A DNA stretch of 64,000 bases from Nitrospinota bacterium (GCA_036231405.1 JAZAHK010000003.1:128001-192000), one strand, 5' to 3'; shown: positions 19,100 to 30,112, counted from the stretch's first letter. The notes: a model not told the origin generated them from the sequence alone. Made by a program: numbers and translations.

Positions 19100-20086
19100 T
19101 TAAAAATTTCTATCAACTATGAAATCAGCCATATATTTAAGAGAATCTAAATGTTCAGATCTTTCAATAACAGACAAAGAAGATTTTGCCTCTTCCGCAT
19201 AATGTCTAGCTAGATTTCTTGTATATGAAACTGAACCACATTCTTCCATCAATTCCAGAATAAAATTTAAATTCTCTTCATGAAGTTCATCCGATTCTAA
19301 AATAATCTTTTTAAGTCTTTCCTTACGAATTCCATCAACTCTTAATAGAAGATGTAATAGAGGCAATGTTATATTCCCGTCAAGCAAATCACTCCCAATT
19401 TTCTTTCCCGTTTTATTTTCATCTCCCATATAGTCTAGTGCATCATCAATAAGCTGAAAAGAATATCCTATATTCATGCCATAGGTGTTTAGTGCCTCAA
19501 TTATGTGGTCAGGGGAACCACTTAAAATTGCACCTAGTTTACAACTTGCAGCAATTAGAGCAGCTGTCTTTCTATAAACTACTTTAAGATACTCTTCTTC
19601 TGTTACATCTACATTATAAAGATTAATAAGTTGTAATACTTCGCCTTCAGAAAGAAGGGTGCAAGCCTCGGACATAGTTTTCATGATACGTAAATCTTCT
19701 TCAGATGACATGAGTTCAAAACTCTTTGCAAAAAGAAAATCACCCACTAGCACACTTGCCTCATTCCCCCATTTTGAGTTAGCAGAGGGATTTCCCCTTC
19801 TCACATCTGCATCGTCTACAACATCATCATGCAATAAAGTCGCAGTGTGAATGAATTCTACAACACAACAGTGTTTTATAGTTTTCTCACCCTTATATCC
19901 GCAGGCTCTTGATGAAAGAAGAAGAAGTAATGGACGTATCCTCTTTCCCCCTGAAGAACTTAAGTATTCACTGACATCTGGGATTAAAACCACATCGGAG
20001 TGAAAGTTTTTTTTTATCTCTTTCTCAACTTCCTCGAGGTCGGCAGAAAGTGAATTTATAATTTCTGAAAAAATCAAATAAATCAT
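19100..20086 (-). CDS. ispB: Long-chain polyprenyl (octaprenyl-type) diphosphate synthase
   Basis: GGKRIRP, HTATLLHDDVVD, VLVGDFL, FQLIDDALD. Confidence 0.88.
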   Translation of the reverse strand: MIYLIFSEIINSLSADLEEVEKEIKKNFHSDVVLIPDVSEYLSSSGGKRIRPLLLLLSSRACGYKGEKTIKHCCVVEFIHTATLLHDDVVDDADVRRGNPSANSKWGNEASVLVGDFLFAKSFELMSSEEDLRIMKTMSEACTLLSEGEVLQLINLYNVDVTEEEYLKVVYRKTAALIAASCKLGAILSGSPDHIIEALNTYGMNIGYSFQLIDDALDYMGDENKTGKKIGSDLLDGNITLPLLHLLLRVDGIRKERLKKIILESDELHEENLNFILELMEECGSVSYTRNLARHYAEEAKSSLSVIERSEHLDSLKYMADFIVDRNF

Positions 20087-20273
20087 CCTTAGTGAAAAAA
20101 ATAGTTTTCTATATATGGGATTTCAACCATATGCTATGGTATTAGCTCGTATGTAGGAAAGACAACTACAATTAGTAAAAAAAATTAGACCCTTTCGTCA
20201 AAAACAATGGAACATCATACTAAATTGTCTTCTTAAACCATAAGATGGGATAAGAAAGAATTTTTAAATAGAG

Positions 20274-21509
20274 ATGATAATGGAAGCCTTGGTAAAAGAA
20301 AAAAACAAAGAATCAAACTTTGTATTAGTTCATTATAATGAAATAGGAATAAAAGGAAAAAATCGCTATAAATTTATTGACCTACTGATAGATAGAATAC
20401 AAAAAACTTTAAATATATATGGCAAAATTAGTGTAAAGAAAAAAACGGGTAGGATTTTAATTAAATATGACTCAACAATCCCATGGACTAAAATAGAAAA
20501 AAGCTTATCAACCTGCTTTGGTATTGCATATTTTGCTAGAGCTTACAAAAACACAGTCAACCTTCCGTTAGTAAAAGATGAAATCTTAAACTTAATTTCC
20601 GAAAAAGAGATACAGACTTTCAGAGTTCGAACAAGAAAATGCTTCAAAAATATCCCGATAAGCACAAAAGAATGGGACAAGGAAATTGGTGCTTGCATTC
20701 AAGCAGAACGCCACCTCCCTGTAGATTTGAAAGAAGACAACTTTACTATTCACATAGAAGTAATCCCGAATGAAGTTTATATATATTTTGAAAAATTATC
20801 TGGTCCAGGTGGCCTTCCACAAGGGATAAGCGGTCATATGACATGCCTCCTATCGGGTGGAATTGATTCCCCCGTTGCATCATGGAGAATGATGAAAAGA
20901 GGTTGTGAAGTGATTTTTGTTCACTTTCACGGGGCTCCTTATTTGAGCCGTGTTTCTGCAGAGAAAGCATTAGATCTTGCAGAAGTTTTGAACGAATATC
21001 AAATAAAGAGTAAAATCTATCTCGTTCCTTTTGGAGAACTCCAAAAACAAATTGTTCTTTCAACGAAACCTGAGCATAGAGTTATTTTATACCGTCGTTT
21101 TATGCTTCGCATTGCAGAGTCAATATCAAATAAGGAAAAAGTATCTTCGCTAGTTACAGGGGAAAGTCTAGGTCAAGTTGCCAGTCAAACCCTTTCTAAT
21201 ATTTCTACTATTCAAAACGCAGTAGAGATGCCAATTTTAAGACCTCTAATTGGAATGGATAAAGAAGAAATAATAAAACAAGCCAAGGAAATTAATACAT
21301 TCGAAATTTCGATAGAACCGGATCAAGATTGTTGTACTTTATTCGTGCCAAAACATCCCGCAGTCCGTTCTAAATTATTCGTTATTGAAAATATAGAAAA
21401 AAAACTACCTGTGGATGAGATGACAAAAACAGTTCTCGAAAAAACTGAAATCTATTTCTTAGAAAAAGGAAAAAAGAAAACTGAAATTCAGCAAGAAAAA
21501 TTTAACTAA
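20274..21509 (+). CDS. thiI: tRNA 4-thiouridine synthase (THUMP + PP-loop, no rhodanese domain)
   Basis: EIGIKGKNR, GGLP, LLSGGIDSPVA, GESLGQVASQT, DCC. Confidence 0.95.
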   Translation: MIMEALVKEKNKESNFVLVHYNEIGIKGKNRYKFIDLLIDRIQKTLNIYGKISVKKKTGRILIKYDSTIPWTKIEKSLSTCFGIAYFARAYKNTVNLPLVKDEILNLISEKEIQTFRVRTRKCFKNIPISTKEWDKEIGACIQAERHLPVDLKEDNFTIHIEVIPNEVYIYFEKLSGPGGLPQGISGHMTCLLSGGIDSPVASWRMMKRGCEVIFVHFHGAPYLSRVSAEKALDLAEVLNEYQIKSKIYLVPFGELQKQIVLSTKPEHRVILYRRFMLRIAESISNKEKVSSLVTGESLGQVASQTLSNISTIQNAVEMPILRPLIGMDKEEIIKQAKEINTFEISIEPDQDCCTLFVPKHPAVRSKLFVIENIEKKLPVDEMTKTVLEKTEIYFLEKGKKKTEIQQEKFN

Positions 21510-21519
21510 AATAAGTAAA

Positions 21520-22431
21520 CTATTTTGCGTCAATCAACTGTTTCATAGCCTCTGCAGGAAGAGGTTCACAAGACATACAATTCTGTTTAGCCTGTTCTTC
21601 AGTTCTTATCCCAGGAATAACGCAAGAAACATCCGGATTAGAAACACAAAAGCGTATTGCGGCCTCTGCAGGGGAAATTCCTAATTGACTAGAGATGTCC
21701 CTCAGTTTGTTCAATTTACCTTGAAACTTTCTAATATTATCGGCACTTAGGATTCTACTTCTTCTGTCACCCTCAACAAATTCAAACGTTTCATCTATCC
21801 TTCCGGATAGAAATCCCCTCTTAAGAGGAACTCTTGAGATAATTCCGATATTTGCGGACTTTGCTCTAGCAAAAGCTTCTGCAGCTTCCTGACTAATAAA
21901 GTTATATTCCATCTGCAAGCAAGCTGAAGTCCCTTGTTCGGTAACATAATCGCATTCTTCTTCTGTATTTACTGAAACTCCCCAGTGCGCAATCTTGCCA
22001 TCTTGTTTTGCCTTATCCAAAAGAGCATAACTATCTTCCGCCATCATATTATCAATAGTTGGATTGTGCAGTTGATAATAATCTATTCTATCTACACCCA
22101 ATCTTTTAAGACTAGCTTCAAGACAACCTCCTATATACTCGGGTGTATAGTCATACTCCCCAGTTACCATATTGTTTCCACCTTTTGTAAAAACAAGGAT
22201 ATCTTGACGGTCTTGCCTTTCTTTTAAAAAATTTCCTATGACAGATTCACTGTGTCCTTGCCCATACGCATCAGATGTATCAATAAAATTCATGCCATTA
22301 TCTATAGAAGCATGAAGTGCACGATTGCTTTCTGAGTCATCCACAGGACCATAAATCTCTCCGATCGTCATAGCACCAAAACCTATAACCGTGACTTCTA
22401 AACCAGTTGCCCCAAGTATACGTTTTTCCAT
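21520..22431 (-). CDS. Aldo/keto reductase
   Basis: IGFGAM, DTSDAYG.GHSE, TKGG, SLKRLGVDRIDYYQLH. Confidence 0.92.
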   Translation of the reverse strand: MEKRILGATGLEVTVIGFGAMTIGEIYGPVDDSESNRALHASIDNGMNFIDTSDAYGQGHSESVIGNFLKERQDRQDILVFTKGGNNMVTGEYDYTPEYIGGCLEASLKRLGVDRIDYYQLHNPTIDNMMAEDSYALLDKAKQDGKIAHWGVSVNTEEECDYVTEQGTSACLQMEYNFISQEAAEAFARAKSANIGIISRVPLKRGFLSGRIDETFEFVEGDRRSRILSADNIRKFQGKLNKLRDISSQLGISPAEAAIRFCVSNPDVSCVIPGIRTEEQAKQNCMSCEPLPAEAMKQLIDAK

Positions 22432-22728
22432 TTTTCCCCTCCGTAGAAATCCGGTTAAAAATACAAAGATAAAATGTACGGGAAAGTCTTTAAAAATTAC
22501 TTTCCACTATAATATAAAAAATTAGTTGAGACACCAATAATTGAAAAAATTTATTTAAAAAGACCTTTGAAATTAGAATGAAAAAAATTAATTTTGAACC
22601 TTTTATACTTGCTCTATTTAGCTTTTTAAGAGTATCAGGTTTTATTTTTGTTACCCAATAAATTATGCAACAATAAGTAAAATAAAGATTTTTAAATAGC
22701 ACAAACTACTAAAAGGGGTAAAAAACTC

Positions 22729-23154
22729 ATGCCTTATTATAACTTATATGGAATGGAAAAATTAAGAGAAAATGAAACTCCTCTAGCTGAAATCCAGAAA
22801 GTTAAAGGAGAACTTATGAAAACCGGCCTCGTGACTTACAACCAAGGTGGACACCCGCGTCCACATTTTCACCCAAACGAAGAACAATTTGTTTTTATCT
22901 TAGAAGGGAAAAGATATTCAATACTTGGAGATGAAGAAAAATTAGTTGGTCCTGGTGATCTCTTACATATACCCAGAAATACTCGTCACTGCGCTATTAC
23001 CTTAGACGAAAAGTGTATAGCGTACGTTACTAAAAGCCCGGCTGGAACAGGTCATCTCGCACAAGATTACAACGAATCTGATGATGCAGATGAGGTTGAA
23101 AAAAGGCTTCAGGAAAAATTAGAAGAATATAAGAAAACTGGAATTATTCAATAA
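22729..23154 (+). CDS. Cupin-domain protein
   Basis: PHFHPNEEQ..ILEG and GDLLHIPRNTRH metal-binding cupin motifs. Confidence 0.88.
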   Translation: MPYYNLYGMEKLRENETPLAEIQKVKGELMKTGLVTYNQGGHPRPHFHPNEEQFVFILEGKRYSILGDEEKLVGPGDLLHIPRNTRHCAITLDEKCIAYVTKSPAGTGHLAQDYNESDDADEVEKRLQEKLEEYKKTGIIQ

Positions 23155-23181
23155 AAAAACTAATTTCTATGAAAGGAAAAA

Positions 23182-24828
23182 ATGAACTCTAACTTAACTC
23201 CGAACGACCCAGAAAGAGTCCGTAATATTTATCCTTCAGTAACACCCCAGTGGCCTTTCAATCAACCTCCTAAGACGAGAGAAAGTTCTCAACCTATATA
23301 TAATATTCAGTCTGATACAAACTTAAAAATTACGATGAGAGACGATGTAAAAATAGCTGCGGATATTTTTCGACCTAGCTCAGGGGGACAAAAATTCCCA
23401 GCACTGTTAGCTATTTCCCCTTATACAAAAGGACTTCAATCTACGAATGTTCCAATTGCACAAAACGAAGCAGGAATAACTGAGTTCTGGGTACCAAGGG
23501 GATATGCACATATTATAGTTGATTCAAGAGGAACAAATGATTCGGAAGGCAAATTCAATAACAGGCGAGAAATAGAACAACAAGACTTTATTGAATTAAT
23601 AAATTGGGCAGCTAGTCAACCCTGGTGCGATGGTTCTGTTGGTATGGTAGGTTGCTCCTATTTTTCCCTAGTTCAACTTTTATCTGCAAAACACCAACCT
23701 GAACCTCTTAAAGCAATCTTTCCCTATGATGCATGGACTGATAAATACAGACACCTATTTTATCCTGGTGGAATACCTCAAACAGGATATATGTGGATGT
23801 GGTTTTCTGCTATGTCAAATTTACATTTTAATAGTGGGAGATCAAATGATTTATCTGGTCTAGTTGAAATGATGGAAGAAGGGATGGGATTTGAACATCC
23901 ATTTGACGGGGAGTTCCATTGGGCATCATCCCCCCAACCTTTCCTAGACAAAATAAACATCCCAACATACTTGGGATCTGACTGGTCGTTTTATTGGGAT
24001 CATCTCCCTGGAGTTTTTGCAGGATGGGAAGGAATTCAAGGAACTCCAAAAAGAATGTTAGTCGGTCCTAAGCCCTCTCCGTGGAGACCTTTTGCTGCAT
24101 ACCACCAAGAAACTTTACGCTGGTATGATCATTGGCTTAAAGGAATGGATACGGGTGTTATGGACGGTCCCCCCATACAACTTTTCATTCAAGGGACAAA
24201 CGAATGGAGAGGGGAAAACGAATGGCCACTTTCTCGATCAGAATGGAAAAAATTATACCTAGGAGGACCCGCTGGAGGCTTGGAAGGAACCTTAACTGAT
24301 TCAGAACAAAATCAAAGTGACCGTTCATACATAAATGACCCTTTATCGTCCGAGTGGCGTTACGGACACCCTCGACTCGTGTACAGGACTGAAGCATTAT
24401 CAGAACCGATTGAGTTCACAGGACCATTGTCTCTCCATCTAATAGCTCATTCGAGTGTGGAGGACACAGATTGGATTGTTTACTTGCTTGATGAATCCCC
24501 CGATGGAACTACCCGTTTACTAACAAGGGGTTGTCTGCGCGCTTCACATAGAGAAATAGATGTCTCCAAATCAAAGCCAGGAAGGCCTTGGCACCCACAC
24601 GATAAAAAAGTACTGCTTGTCCCAAATCAAATTGAAACTTTTGAGATAGAGATAGTCCCAACAGCTAACGTTTTTCTTAAAGATCACCGGATTCGTCTTG
24701 AAATTTGTAGTTGTACTTCTGCAGTAAAACGTGTTGCATATTTAGATACCCTTGCAGTAAAAGCAAAAAATACTGTAATAGAAGGTAAAAATGGTTCATA
24801 TTTGTTATACTCGTCTATTCCCTCTTGA
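23182..24828 (+). CDS. CocE/NonD-family serine hydrolase (paralogue 1)
   Basis: MRDDVKIAADIFRP, SPY, RGY..DSRG, WCDGSVGMVGCSY nucleophile motif, PepX_C-like C-terminus. Confidence 0.92.
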   Translation: MNSNLTPNDPERVRNIYPSVTPQWPFNQPPKTRESSQPIYNIQSDTNLKITMRDDVKIAADIFRPSSGGQKFPALLAISPYTKGLQSTNVPIAQNEAGITEFWVPRGYAHIIVDSRGTNDSEGKFNNRREIEQQDFIELINWAASQPWCDGSVGMVGCSYFSLVQLLSAKHQPEPLKAIFPYDAWTDKYRHLFYPGGIPQTGYMWMWFSAMSNLHFNSGRSNDLSGLVEMMEEGMGFEHPFDGEFHWASSPQPFLDKINIPTYLGSDWSFYWDHLPGVFAGWEGIQGTPKRMLVGPKPSPWRPFAAYHQETLRWYDHWLKGMDTGVMDGPPIQLFIQGTNEWRGENEWPLSRSEWKKLYLGGPAGGLEGTLTDSEQNQSDRSYINDPLSSEWRYGHPRLVYRTEALSEPIEFTGPLSLHLIAHSSVEDTDWIVYLLDESPDGTTRLLTRGCLRASHREIDVSKSKPGRPWHPHDKKVLLVPNQIETFEIEIVPTANVFLKDHRIRLEICSCTSAVKRVAYLDTLAVKAKNTVIEGKNGSYLLYSSIPS

Positions 24829-24837
24829 GGTTAAAAA

Positions 24838-26160
24838 ATGGAAGAAATTAAAAAAATAGCCCTAGAATTTATTGAGAGCCAAAAAGGCGAAGCGAGAGAT
24901 ATTTCACGTGAAATTTGGAACTTTGCAGAAATTGCTTTGGAAGAATTTAAAAGTTCCGAACTACTGGTTGAAGTCCTGCAACAATACGGCTTCGAAGTCC
25001 AACATGGGGTAGGCGACCTTCCAACTGCGTTTATCGCAACATGGGGTGATTCTGGTCCGACAATTGGGATTCTTGGAGAATACGATGCTCTCCCTCATTG
25101 CGGAAGCCAACACGACAAAAATGGTCACGGATGTGGACATAACTTATTTGGGACTGCGTGTGTTTATGCCGCAATTTCTATATCTAAAGCACTGGAAAGA
25201 ACAAAAACACCAGGTAAAGTTGTTTGCTTCGGATGTCCTGCAGAAGAAACCTTAGAAGGAAAAGTCTATATGGCACGTGATGGTGCTTTTGAAGGAATAG
25301 ACGCAGTTTTGACCTGGCATCCAAACTGGGGAAACTATGCTAGAGGCGGAAGTTCGAATGCAATGGATTCGATGGTGTTCGAATTTCACGGTAAAAGTTC
25401 GCATTCTGCGAGAGATCCATGGAACGGTAGAAGTGCGTTAGACGGAATAGAAATTATGAACTATGGAGTTAATATGATGCGAGAACATATTATAGAAGAA
25501 GCGCGAATACATTACGTGATAAGGGATGGAGGAGTACAACCAAATGTAGTCCCTTCCTATTCAAGAGTATGGTACTACGTAAGAGCTCCGAAACGTTCTA
25601 TAGTTAATGAACTTAGTAGAAGAGTCCGTCAGTGTGCTCAAGCTGGAGCAATCGCTTCTGAAACCGAATTTAAAGAAACTCTTCTAACTGGAGTATATGA
25701 AACTTTACCAAACCTTGCTCTTGCTAATTGTATTCAAAGAAATCTTGAATTAGTAGGTGGACATAAATACAGTCAAGAAGAGAGAGATTTTGCAAAAAAA
25801 CTAGGATTCGAAGAACCGCTTTCTGAAGAAATTCTTCCTCTAAACCTTGAACACATGCGTCCTAGCAATGAACGTGGAAATGTAAGTTGGATCGCTCCAC
25901 TTGGGAGCTTTTACGCAGCCTGTCACGCCCCAGGTACTCCCGGACATCATTGGCTTGCGACCCAACAATATGGAATGGAAATAGGAGAAAAAGGGATGGA
26001 AACAGCATCAAAAACAATTGCCACTTCTGCCCTAGAACTTATTTGCAACCCTGATCTTCTGAGCAAAGTTCAAAAAGAATTTAAAGAAAAAACAAAAAAA
26101 TTTAAGTACGATCCATTAGTGCCAAAGGGTCAAAAACCTAACCCTCTTGGATTTAGATAG
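24838..26160 (+). CDS. M20-family amidohydrolase (AbgB-like)
   Basis: GEYDAL, HGCGHN, PAEE, WHP, GRSALD. Confidence 0.9.
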   Translation: MEEIKKIALEFIESQKGEARDISREIWNFAEIALEEFKSSELLVEVLQQYGFEVQHGVGDLPTAFIATWGDSGPTIGILGEYDALPHCGSQHDKNGHGCGHNLFGTACVYAAISISKALERTKTPGKVVCFGCPAEETLEGKVYMARDGAFEGIDAVLTWHPNWGNYARGGSSNAMDSMVFEFHGKSSHSARDPWNGRSALDGIEIMNYGVNMMREHIIEEARIHYVIRDGGVQPNVVPSYSRVWYYVRAPKRSIVNELSRRVRQCAQAGAIASETEFKETLLTGVYETLPNLALANCIQRNLELVGGHKYSQEERDFAKKLGFEEPLSEEILPLNLEHMRPSNERGNVSWIAPLGSFYAACHAPGTPGHHWLATQQYGMEIGEKGMETASKTIATSALELICNPDLLSKVQKEFKEKTKKFKYDPLVPKGQKPNPLGFR

Positions 26161-26180
26161 ATTTTTATTTTCAAAGAAAA

Positions 26181-26681
26181 TTAGTGACACCCCCCAGTTA
26201 TGCCGCGTTTGAGAAAGTAACTCTGGTGATATTCTTCTCCAGGCCAGAATGTAGTTGCTTTAGTTATTTCGGTAACAATCGGATTAGAGAATTTTCCGGA
26301 ATTATCCCACTTTTCTCGAGAACTCTTAGCTAACTCTTCTTCTTCTTTGTTAGAAAAGAAAATGGCTGACCGGTATTGTTCTCCTGTATCAGGTCCCTGC
26401 CTATTTAAGGTTGTCGGATCATGTAGATTCCAAAAACAATCTAACAACTCTTTATAAGTAATGATTGAAGGGTCAAACTCCACTCTTACAGATTCTGCGT
26501 GACCGGTTTTTGAGTAGCAAACTTCTTCGTATGTTGGGTTTTCCTTATCGCCGCCTATATATCCTACGTCAGTGTTCACGACGCCATTCAGACTCTGAAA
26601 AGTAGACTCCACTCCCCAAAAACAACCAGCAGCAAAAATAGCAACAGACAACTTTAAATCTCCAATTTGATTGTATCCCAA
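26181..26681 (-). CDS. msrA: Peptide-methionine (S)-S-oxide reductase (Cys form)
   Basis: AGCFWG, PTYEEVC..TGHAE, RQGPDTGEQYRS, EEYHQ. Confidence 0.95.
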   Translation of the reverse strand: MGYNQIGDLKLSVAIFAAGCFWGVESTFQSLNGVVNTDVGYIGGDKENPTYEEVCYSKTGHAESVRVEFDPSIITYKELLDCFWNLHDPTTLNRQGPDTGEQYRSAIFFSNKEEEELAKSSREKWDNSGKFSNPIVTEITKATTFWPGEEYHQSYFLKRGITGGCH

Positions 26682-26685
26682 AGTA

Positions 26686-27777
26686 TTATGGACCTACTAT
26701 TACTTCTCCTCTTTCTCCCCCAGCCACTTCCCCTATTATGGCCGAAAAAGAAGAACCAGTTGAAATCAACTGCTGCAGCATTTCCTCCGATTTTGAAGGT
26801 TCCACAGCAATGATTAATCCTCCAGATGTTTGTGCATCATTCAAAACTGCAATCATGTTTTCATCTAATTTTTCTGAGTAGGAAACAAAGGAACGAGTCC
26901 ACTCTCTGTTTCTTTCTCCACCTCCTACTGTACCAGAAACTGCATCGGGCAAAATTCCTTCAAAAATTGGAACATTTGAGAATGAGATTCTTGCGCTAAC
27001 CCCGCTAGCTTCAAGTACATTATGTAGATGCCCCAACAAACCAAAACCAGTTACATCGGTACACGCGTTCACTGGAAACTTTCTCATGACCTCACTGGAA
27101 ATTTTATTCAAAGTTTTCATAGATACAACCGCTTCATCAAAAACCCCTTCCTTTAATTTGCTATTTCCAGATATGAGGGCTTTAGAGATTTTTTTTATAG
27201 ACCCAGTTTTTTTGTTTAAATTTGTGACTATTCCTGTCCCTATTTTTTTCGTCAAAATTAAAATGTCTCCGGGTTTTGCTCCGTTATTTAGAATCATATC
27301 TTTCGGATCTATAACTCCAGTCACTGCGATTCCATACTTTGGCTCTTGGTCATCAACACTATGACCTCCTAAAATAACAGCACCCGATTCACGAACTTTT
27401 TCAGAACCTCCTGAAAGGATCAAACTTAAAATATCCATACCTAAATGACATGGGAAAGAAACTAGACTAAGAGCAGTAACTGGTTTAGCGCCTATAGTAT
27501 AACAATCGCTAAGAGCATTCGCTGCAGCTATCTGTCCAAAATCAAATGGGTCGTCAACGATTGGGGTAAAAAAATCAACTGTCTGCACAATTGCTAAATC
27601 TTCTTTTAATTTATAGACCCCAGTATCATCACAAGGATTTGTCCCGTAGATTAAATTTGGGTCCACAAATGGTTCAAATCCTGACAGTGCTTTTCTAAGG
27701 TCCTCCGGACCAATTTTTGAACCTCAACCACCAGCCTTGACCATGCTTGTCAAAAACACTTTCTTTTCGCTGTTCAT
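26686..27777 (-). CDS. selD: Selenide, water dikinase; selenoprotein form (U18), 363 aa
   Basis: Track ORF 26686..27666 (DDTGVY, DFFTP, GGHS, DVTGFGLLGH, DAQTSGGL) extends in frame to ATG 27777: MNSEKKVFLTSMVKAGG-TGA(27726..27724)-GSKIGPEDL, the SelD catalytic (C/U)xxK motif. Confidence 0.95.
27699..27711 (-). promoter_or_regulatory. Candidate bacterial SECIS hairpin of selD
   Basis: GGUCC-GGA-GGACC begins 12 nt after the UGA; G-initiated loop. Confidence 0.75.
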
Positions 27778-27964
27778 AAATAAACCTCAATAAAACATTT
27801 TACAAAAATATAGTTTTATTATCATAGAAAGAAAAGGATTATAAAACCTTGAAAATTAAATACAGTTCCATTTGTAAAAAAAAACGAAACGAAATGTTTT
27901 TTTTAATTTAATATTAGTAAAATCGATTTTATCAAAAATTGTGAATATATGAGGCAAAGTAGAT

Positions 27965-28933
27965 ATGAAAATTATTATTTCCGATGATTATCAGAGAGCA
28001 ATCGAATCTCTGGAATGTTTTAAAAAGGTTGCACATCACAATGTGACAATTCATAACAATACCGTATATGGAACTGAAGAATTAGCGAAAAGGTTTTATA
28101 ACGCAGAAGGAATAGTGCTTATAAGACAGCGTACAAAGATAAATAAAGAACTCCTATCGAAACTCCCAAATTTAAAAATTATCAGTGCTACTGGCGCAAA
28201 TTATAGAGGTCATATAGACGTAAAAGCGTGTTCAAAATACAAAGTGGCAGTTGCGGCAGGAGGAAGCGGGACACGTTCAACCTGTGAGTTAGCTTGGGGA
28301 CTCATACTCTCATACATGCGATCCATTCCAAAAGAAGTTTTGAACTTAAAAAGTGGTGGATGGCAAAGCACTTTAGGAGAAGATTTGAGTGGAAAAACCC
28401 TGGGAATATACGCTTACGGAAAAATTGGGAAACAAATGGGACAAATTGCAAAAGCATTCAACATGGATATTCTTATTTGGGGGAGAGAATCATCGCGTGA
28501 AAAAGCAAAAGAAGATGGATTTGCATTCGCTGAAAATAGAGAGTTTTTCTTTTCAAACTCCGATGTCATAAGTATTCACTTGCCTTTAAAAGAAGATACT
28601 ACAGGCATTATAAATTCAATTGATTTTTCCCTCATGAAGAAGAATTCTCTTTTTGTAAATACAAGTCGTGCAAAGATCATAAAAACTGGAGATTTAGAGA
28701 AAGCTCTGATAAAAGGAAGACCTGGTTTTGCATGTGTTGATGTCTACGAAGAAGAACCAGTCTATAATTCACAAAATGCCTTGATTCAAATGAAAAATAC
28801 AATATGTACTCCCCATTTAGGATACGTTACCAGAGAAACATATGAGAAATATTTTGGGCTTGCTTTTGACCAGATTAACGCTTTTTGCGAAGGAAAGCCG
28901 ATCAATCTGGTAAACCCAGAAGTTTTAAAATAA
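27965..28933 (+). CDS. D-isomer-specific 2-hydroxyacid dehydrogenase
   Basis: YAYGKIG, VNTSRA, DVYEEEP, TPHLGY. Confidence 0.92.
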   Translation: MKIIISDDYQRAIESLECFKKVAHHNVTIHNNTVYGTEELAKRFYNAEGIVLIRQRTKINKELLSKLPNLKIISATGANYRGHIDVKACSKYKVAVAAGGSGTRSTCELAWGLILSYMRSIPKEVLNLKSGGWQSTLGEDLSGKTLGIYAYGKIGKQMGQIAKAFNMDILIWGRESSREKAKEDGFAFAENREFFFSNSDVISIHLPLKEDTTGIINSIDFSLMKKNSLFVNTSRAKIIKTGDLEKALIKGRPGFACVDVYEEEPVYNSQNALIQMKNTICTPHLGYVTRETYEKYFGLAFDQINAFCEGKPINLVNPEVLK

Positions 28934-28969
28934 AATTACCATACAAAATTAATAGATAGGGGAATAGTT

Positions 28970-30112
28970 GTGGATTTCGAATTTGATGAAAAACAAAAAT
29001 TAATGCAAAAAACTCTGGATGATTTGCTAAAAAGAGTTTGTCCGCAAGAATATTCTATGGAATGTGATGAGAAAGGGGAAGCCCCCATGGAAGCCTATAA
29101 AGAAATGGCTAAAGATGGATGGGTTGGGGTTTCTACTCCAGAAGAATATGGAGGCATGGGGGGAAATGAAATAGATATGTCCATAGTATTAGAAACTGCG
29201 GGTCATCATTATTTGGATTTAGGAACTATGATTTTCCGTAATATCTGCTATGGCTGCGATGCAATTTTGGCAAGTGGCACAGCTGAGCAGAAGAAAAAAT
29301 TTGTTACATCGACAGTCAAGGGAGAAGCTTTTTTTGCGTTTAGTTTAACCGAACCTGATGCAGGCTCTGATGCAGCTTCCATTATTACTCGAGCGGACAG
29401 GGAGCAGAATGTTTTCAAAATTACCGGAACAAAAAATTACACCTCCGGTATGCCTATAGCAACAGACATTTTGGTTGCAGTTCGAACCGATAAAAAAGCA
29501 GAGAAACATAAGGGAATTACAAACTTCATTATCCCCGCAGACAGGGAAGGAATCGTGTGGAAAAAACTTCGTCTAATGGGTCATAGAGCGATGGGAACCT
29601 GCGAAGTTCATTACAATGGGGTCGAAGCATTCGACAAAGAAATTTTAGGGAACCTAGATGATGGATGGAATGGTTTGATGAAATACATTACAACTGAGAG
29701 ACTTTGCCTTTCTGCCGCAAGAACAGGGGCTGCCGCTAATGCTCTTCAAATGGCTATAAAACATGCACAAGAGCGACACCAATTTGGAAAACCTATTGGA
29801 AAATTTCAGGCAGTCAGTCATATGATAACTGAAATGCATACCCTAGTGGATACTGCAAGATTACAAGTATATAGATTCGCGTGGCTTGCATCTGAAGGAA
29901 AGGCTGGAAGATTGGAAGCCGCAACTCTTAAACTTTATGCAGCTGAAGCATATAAGAAGGTCGCTGATTTGGGTGTCCAAGTACTTGGAGGATACGGATA
30001 TAGTGCAGAATTCCCAATGGAAAGACATTATAGAGACGCTCGTCTTGCAACCATAGGTGCAGGTTCGAGTGAAATTCAAAGGAATATTATAGCAAAAGAA
30101 TTAGGTCTCTAG
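28970..30112 (+). CDS. Acyl-CoA dehydrogenase
   Basis: PEEYGG, FSLTEPDAGSD, RHQFGKPIGKFQAV, LGGYGY, RDARLATIGAGSSEIQR. Confidence 0.94.
   Translation: MDFEFDEKQKLMQKTLDDLLKRVCPQEYSMECDEKGEAPMEAYKEMAKDGWVGVSTPEEYGGMGGNEIDMSIVLETAGHHYLDLGTMIFRNICYGCDAILASGTAEQKKKFVTSTVKGEAFFAFSLTEPDAGSDAASIITRADREQNVFKITGTKNYTSGMPIATDILVAVRTDKKAEKHKGITNFIIPADREGIVWKKLRLMGHRAMGTCEVHYNGVEAFDKEILGNLDDGWNGLMKYITTERLCLSAARTGAAANALQMAIKHAQERHQFGKPIGKFQAVSHMITEMHTLVDTARLQVYRFAWLASEGKAGRLEAATLKLYAAEAYKKVADLGVQVLGGYGYSAEFPMERHYRDARLATIGAGSSEIQRNIIAKELGL

Noticed and set aside
22490-22702. 70-aa ORF in the divergent spacer; similarly 57964..58161 and 58177..58464
   Set aside because: Low-complexity AT-rich translations with no motifs; the latter two are antisense to better-supported features.
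24826-24840. Read-through of the CocE TGA stop
   Set aside because: A TAA follows one codon later, there is no hairpin, and the paralogue ends at a similar position.
26181-26681. MsrA as a fourth selenoprotein
   Set aside because: The catalytic codon in GCFWG is TGT and there is no in-frame TGA.
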